NCBI GenBank assembly: GCA_963696385.1
Contig: CAVOKF010000003.1
Span: forward strand, 320,001-384,000
Direction of reading: 5' to 3'
Source of the DNA: an uncultured delta proteobacterium
Lineage (GTDB): Bacteria; Myxococcota_A; Polyangia; Polyangiales; Polyangiaceae
DNA length: 64,000 bases
Each line of letters starts with the position of its first letter. Position 1 is the first letter of the stretch. Positions 61,678 through 64,000 of this stretch are shown here, in pieces. Under the pieces are notes generated by a model. The model did no database searches. It saw nothing but the letters and a program-made list of their open reading frames with translations, and was not told the DNA's origin. The translations under genes and the position numbers were made by a program.

Positions 61678-62690
61678 GCGAACGCTCCGACGATGCGTGC
61701 CAATCCGTCGCGCTGCTCGCGCAGGTGTCTCGGGGCGTCGGCGTACACGTTGTCGAACAGCGTGTCGGGGGCCGGCATCGGCGACATCTCGGCTTTCGCG
61801 ATCGCTCGCTGTACGTCGGCGTTCACATCGTCACGCAGCTGTCTTTCGCGATCTTCGCCCCAGCACCCGCGCTCCTCGAGCGTTCTTCTGAGGCGGTCCA
61901 CGGGATCGCTCGCGGACCCCAACTCAGGATTTTCGCCTTCCCCCGGCGGCATACCGACCGCCTCGATCAGCGTGGCCCCTTCACCCGCCGATGCGCGAGC
62001 GCGCGCCTCGCGCACGGCGTTCCATACGGCAATGACGTCGCCTCCATCGACCCGAACTGCCGGCAGTCCGTACGCGACCGCCTTCGCGGCGACGCCTGCC
62101 ACCGCCGTCCGACTCGACGCGGCCCGGCCGCCATTCCAGCAAAGGGCAATAAGCGGAACCCGCGCGACTCCGGCGAAGTTGAGTCCGGCATGGAAGTCAT
62201 GGCCGCTCGTGGCACGTTCTCCGAAGAGGAGCAGCACGGCCAGGTCGTGGCGACGAAGGCGAGCCGCCCAGGCGACACCCACCGCGTGGGTGATGTTCCT
62301 GCCCGGCAGGGGACTCGGACTCGGGATACGCGACCGCCCCAAGACGGCATCCGTCGCCGTCCCGAATGCACGATGGGCGTACAGCGCCAGGGGCATCCCT
62401 CGCCAGAGTGCCGCGCCGAACTCGGGGGCCCCGAGAAATACCCAGTCGTCGTCGCGCACGGCCGCCACCGCGCCAATCGCGGTGGCCTCCTGGCCGAGGG
62501 CGCTCGCGTGTTGCGTGACCCGACCGCTGTGCTGGAGCGCCGCCAAGCGCTCGTCCATCACCCGAGCCATCACCATGTGCTCATACAGCGCCCTCGCTAG
62601 GTCGTCCGAGATCGGCGGCGCGCCGTTGCGGCTGCGCACGCGGTCGTCGACCGGGCGCGGCGCAGTCCCCGGCGGAGAGACGCTCTGCAT
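61674..62690 (-). CDS. 2-oxoacid dehydrogenase E1 alpha-like protein with degenerate ThDP-binding and catalytic motifs
   Basis: MVMARVMDER...GQEA...DDDWVF...FHAGLNFAGV...RVDGGD...LIEA...DPVDRLR...FDNVYA; GDG reads GER, NN reads NG, no YRxxxHS loop. Confidence 0.85.
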   Translation of the reverse strand: MQSVSPPGTAPRPVDDRVRSRNGAPPISDDLARALYEHMVMARVMDERLAALQHSGRVTQHASALGQEATAIGAVAAVRDDDWVFLGAPEFGAALWRGMPLALYAHRAFGTATDAVLGRSRIPSPSPLPGRNITHAVGVAWAARLRRHDLAVLLLFGERATSGHDFHAGLNFAGVARVPLIALCWNGGRAASSRTAVAGVAAKAVAYGLPAVRVDGGDVIAVWNAVREARARASAGEGATLIEAVGMPPGEGENPELGSASDPVDRLRRTLEERGCWGEDRERQLRDDVNADVQRAIAKAEMSPMPAPDTLFDNVYADAPRHLREQRDGLARIVGAFA

Positions 62691-62755
62691 CGGCGATGCG
62701 AGCCTAGCACCGTTGTCTCCCTTCGGGCGGAGGGGACGGACGACGCATTTTCGGC

Positions 62756-62761
62756 TATAGT
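62756..62761 (+). promoter_or_regulatory. -10 hexamer TATAGT 7 nt upstream of an ATG (candidate leaderless promoter)
   Basis: TATAGT-ggatcga-ATG(62769); no clear Shine-Dalgarno. Confidence 0.45.
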
Positions 62762-62768
62762 GGATCGA

Positions 62769-64000
62769 ATGGCGCGGCGCGCATTCGTACCGCCCCCGAG
62801 CCTCGCCACGGACACGTCCCGCCGGCCGTACGGGTCGACCGCGACCTGTCCGCCCTCGCGCCCGGATTCGATGGGGCTTCGCCCGAGCGCGCCCGCACCC
62901 CAATCGTCGGCGGCGTCCGCCAGTGCCTCCAGCGTCCACCCGGATTCCCGTCGGCCGATTCAGGGGCCTTCTCGCGCCGAGGGCGTGCCAATCGTCGCCT
63001 GCGCCCAGCTTCTCGATCGGTTGGCTGCGGCCGATGAGGCTCCGTTTCTGGCGTCCTGGATCGAGAGCACTCTCGCCGGGCGTGGTCGCACGGAGCCGAC
63101 CTTAGCCGTCCGCCTTCTGCGTGCTTACCGTGAAACCGGCCGCATCGATCGGGCCCGCGATCTGGCGGCATCGCTGCCGAGCGCCCCCTCGTCCTGGCAG
63201 CCGCTCGATGCCGCGCGGGTCGCGATCGAACGCTGCATCCTAGCGACCCTCGACGGGCGCGGCGATCACGCCGAAGCCGAGCTTCGGCTGGCGTCGCATG
63301 CCCTCGCCGCCGCGCCCAAGGGCACGGGGCTGCGCGAGCAGCTCGACTTTCACCTCGCTCAGGCCCAGCTCGAACTGAAGCTCGACCGAAACGCCAGCGC
63401 CGTCCAGGCGCTGCGACTGGCCGAGCACGTTTCGGAGCGGATCGAGAACGGCGCCTGGCGCGCCTCCGTGGCCATGACGCTCGGACATCTCTCGATGCGC
63501 TTGGCCGACCCTCGCACCGCCGCCCGCCACTATACCGAGGCCCTGCTCAAGGCTCCGGCCCGCGGTGCCGTCGCCATGAGCGCGCATGGCAACGCAGCAA
63601 TCGCACTCGGTAGCATCGGTCGGTTCGACGAGGGCCGCCATCACGCCTCGCAGGCTGTCGCCATCTCCGGCGAGGTCGCATCGGGTTGGCGCCACGCGGA
63701 CGCGTACGACGTCTCGGCCATCGTCGAGATCGCCGCTGACCGGCCTGTCGCCGCGTTGACCGCCATCGACGAAGGGCTCGCTGTGCTCGGCGACATCGAC
63801 CAACGGCTGCTGCGCCTGCAACTCACGGAGCACCGTACGTGGGCACTCGCCATGCTTGGACGTGCGGAGAGCGCGAGGAATTGGCTCGCCAAGGCCGAGA
63901 CCCTCCGCGCGGACTTCGGGTCGATCGAAGCCATCGACGATCTCGACCTCGCCGTCACCAGAGCGCGCACGCTCGAAGCGGCAGGCGAGCTGCGCGGCGC
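62769..64000 (+). CDS. TPR-like helical repeat protein, truncated by the window end (absent from the ORF track because it has no stop)
   Basis: Open frame from ATG 62769 (alternative 62871): ...LAVRLLRAYRETGRIDRARDLA...MTLGHLSMRLADPRTAARHYTEAL...AHGNAAIALGSIGRFDEG... Confidence 0.75.
   Translation, partial: MARRAFVPPPSLATDTSRRPYGSTATCPPSRPDSMGLRPSAPAPQSSAASASASSVHPDSRRPIQGPSRAEGVPIVACAQLLDRLAAADEAPFLASWIESTLAGRGRTEPTLAVRLLRAYRETGRIDRARDLAASLPSAPSSWQPLDAARVAIERCILATLDGRGDHAEAELRLASHALAAAPKGTGLREQLDFHLAQAQLELKLDRNASAVQALRLAEHVSERIENGAWRASVAMTLGHLSMRLADPRTAARHYTEALLKAPARGAVAMSAHGNAAIALGSIGRFDEGRHHASQAVAISGEVASGWRHADAYDVSAIVEIAADRPVAALTAIDEGLAVLGDIDQRLLRLQLTEHRTWALAMLGRAESARNWLAKAETLRADFGSIEAIDDLDLAVTRARTLEAAGELRG

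Noticed and set aside
61674..62690. E1-alpha motif loss caused by hidden frameshifts
   Set aside because: Conserved scaffold motifs flank each degenerate motif in the same frame; the changes are substitutions and in-frame deletions

Overview
A gene-dense, GC-rich chromosomal window with mostly core genes. Gene content and protein style suggest a myxobacterium (Myxococcota, probably Polyangiales); this is an inference. About 56 CDS are supportable. Housekeeping genes: xerC, pepP, rluB, lepA, bamA, gyrA, nth, meaB, queG, the rpsP-khpA-rimM-trmD operon and mutY. Also present: a 2-oxoacid dehydrogenase E1a/E1b/E2 cluster, an archaeal-type DNA topoisomerase VI pair (top6B-top6A), two M16 peptidase pairs, a divergent GH1 beta-glucosidase / GH94 cellobiose phosphorylase module, a J-domain/Hsp70 module and several lipoprotein and TPR proteins. 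I found no rRNA, tRNA, CRISPR array, IS element or prophage. Main observations: (1) five +1 frameshifts in four otherwise intact genes. Four are repaired by GATTC->GATC and the fifth lies beside a GATC, which suggests a DNA modification at GATC causing base-calling errors. (2) A close homologue of fungal sphingolipid C9-methyltransferase. (3) An in-frame but catalytically degenerate E1-alpha heading an operon with intact E1b and E2. (4) Topo VI about 4 kb from a solitary gyrA. (5) A TPR protein with a TFIIB-like C-terminal domain. (6) Symmetric TAnnnTA candidate bidirectional promoters at very short divergent junctions. All family assignments come from motif recognition by eye; no database searches were run.
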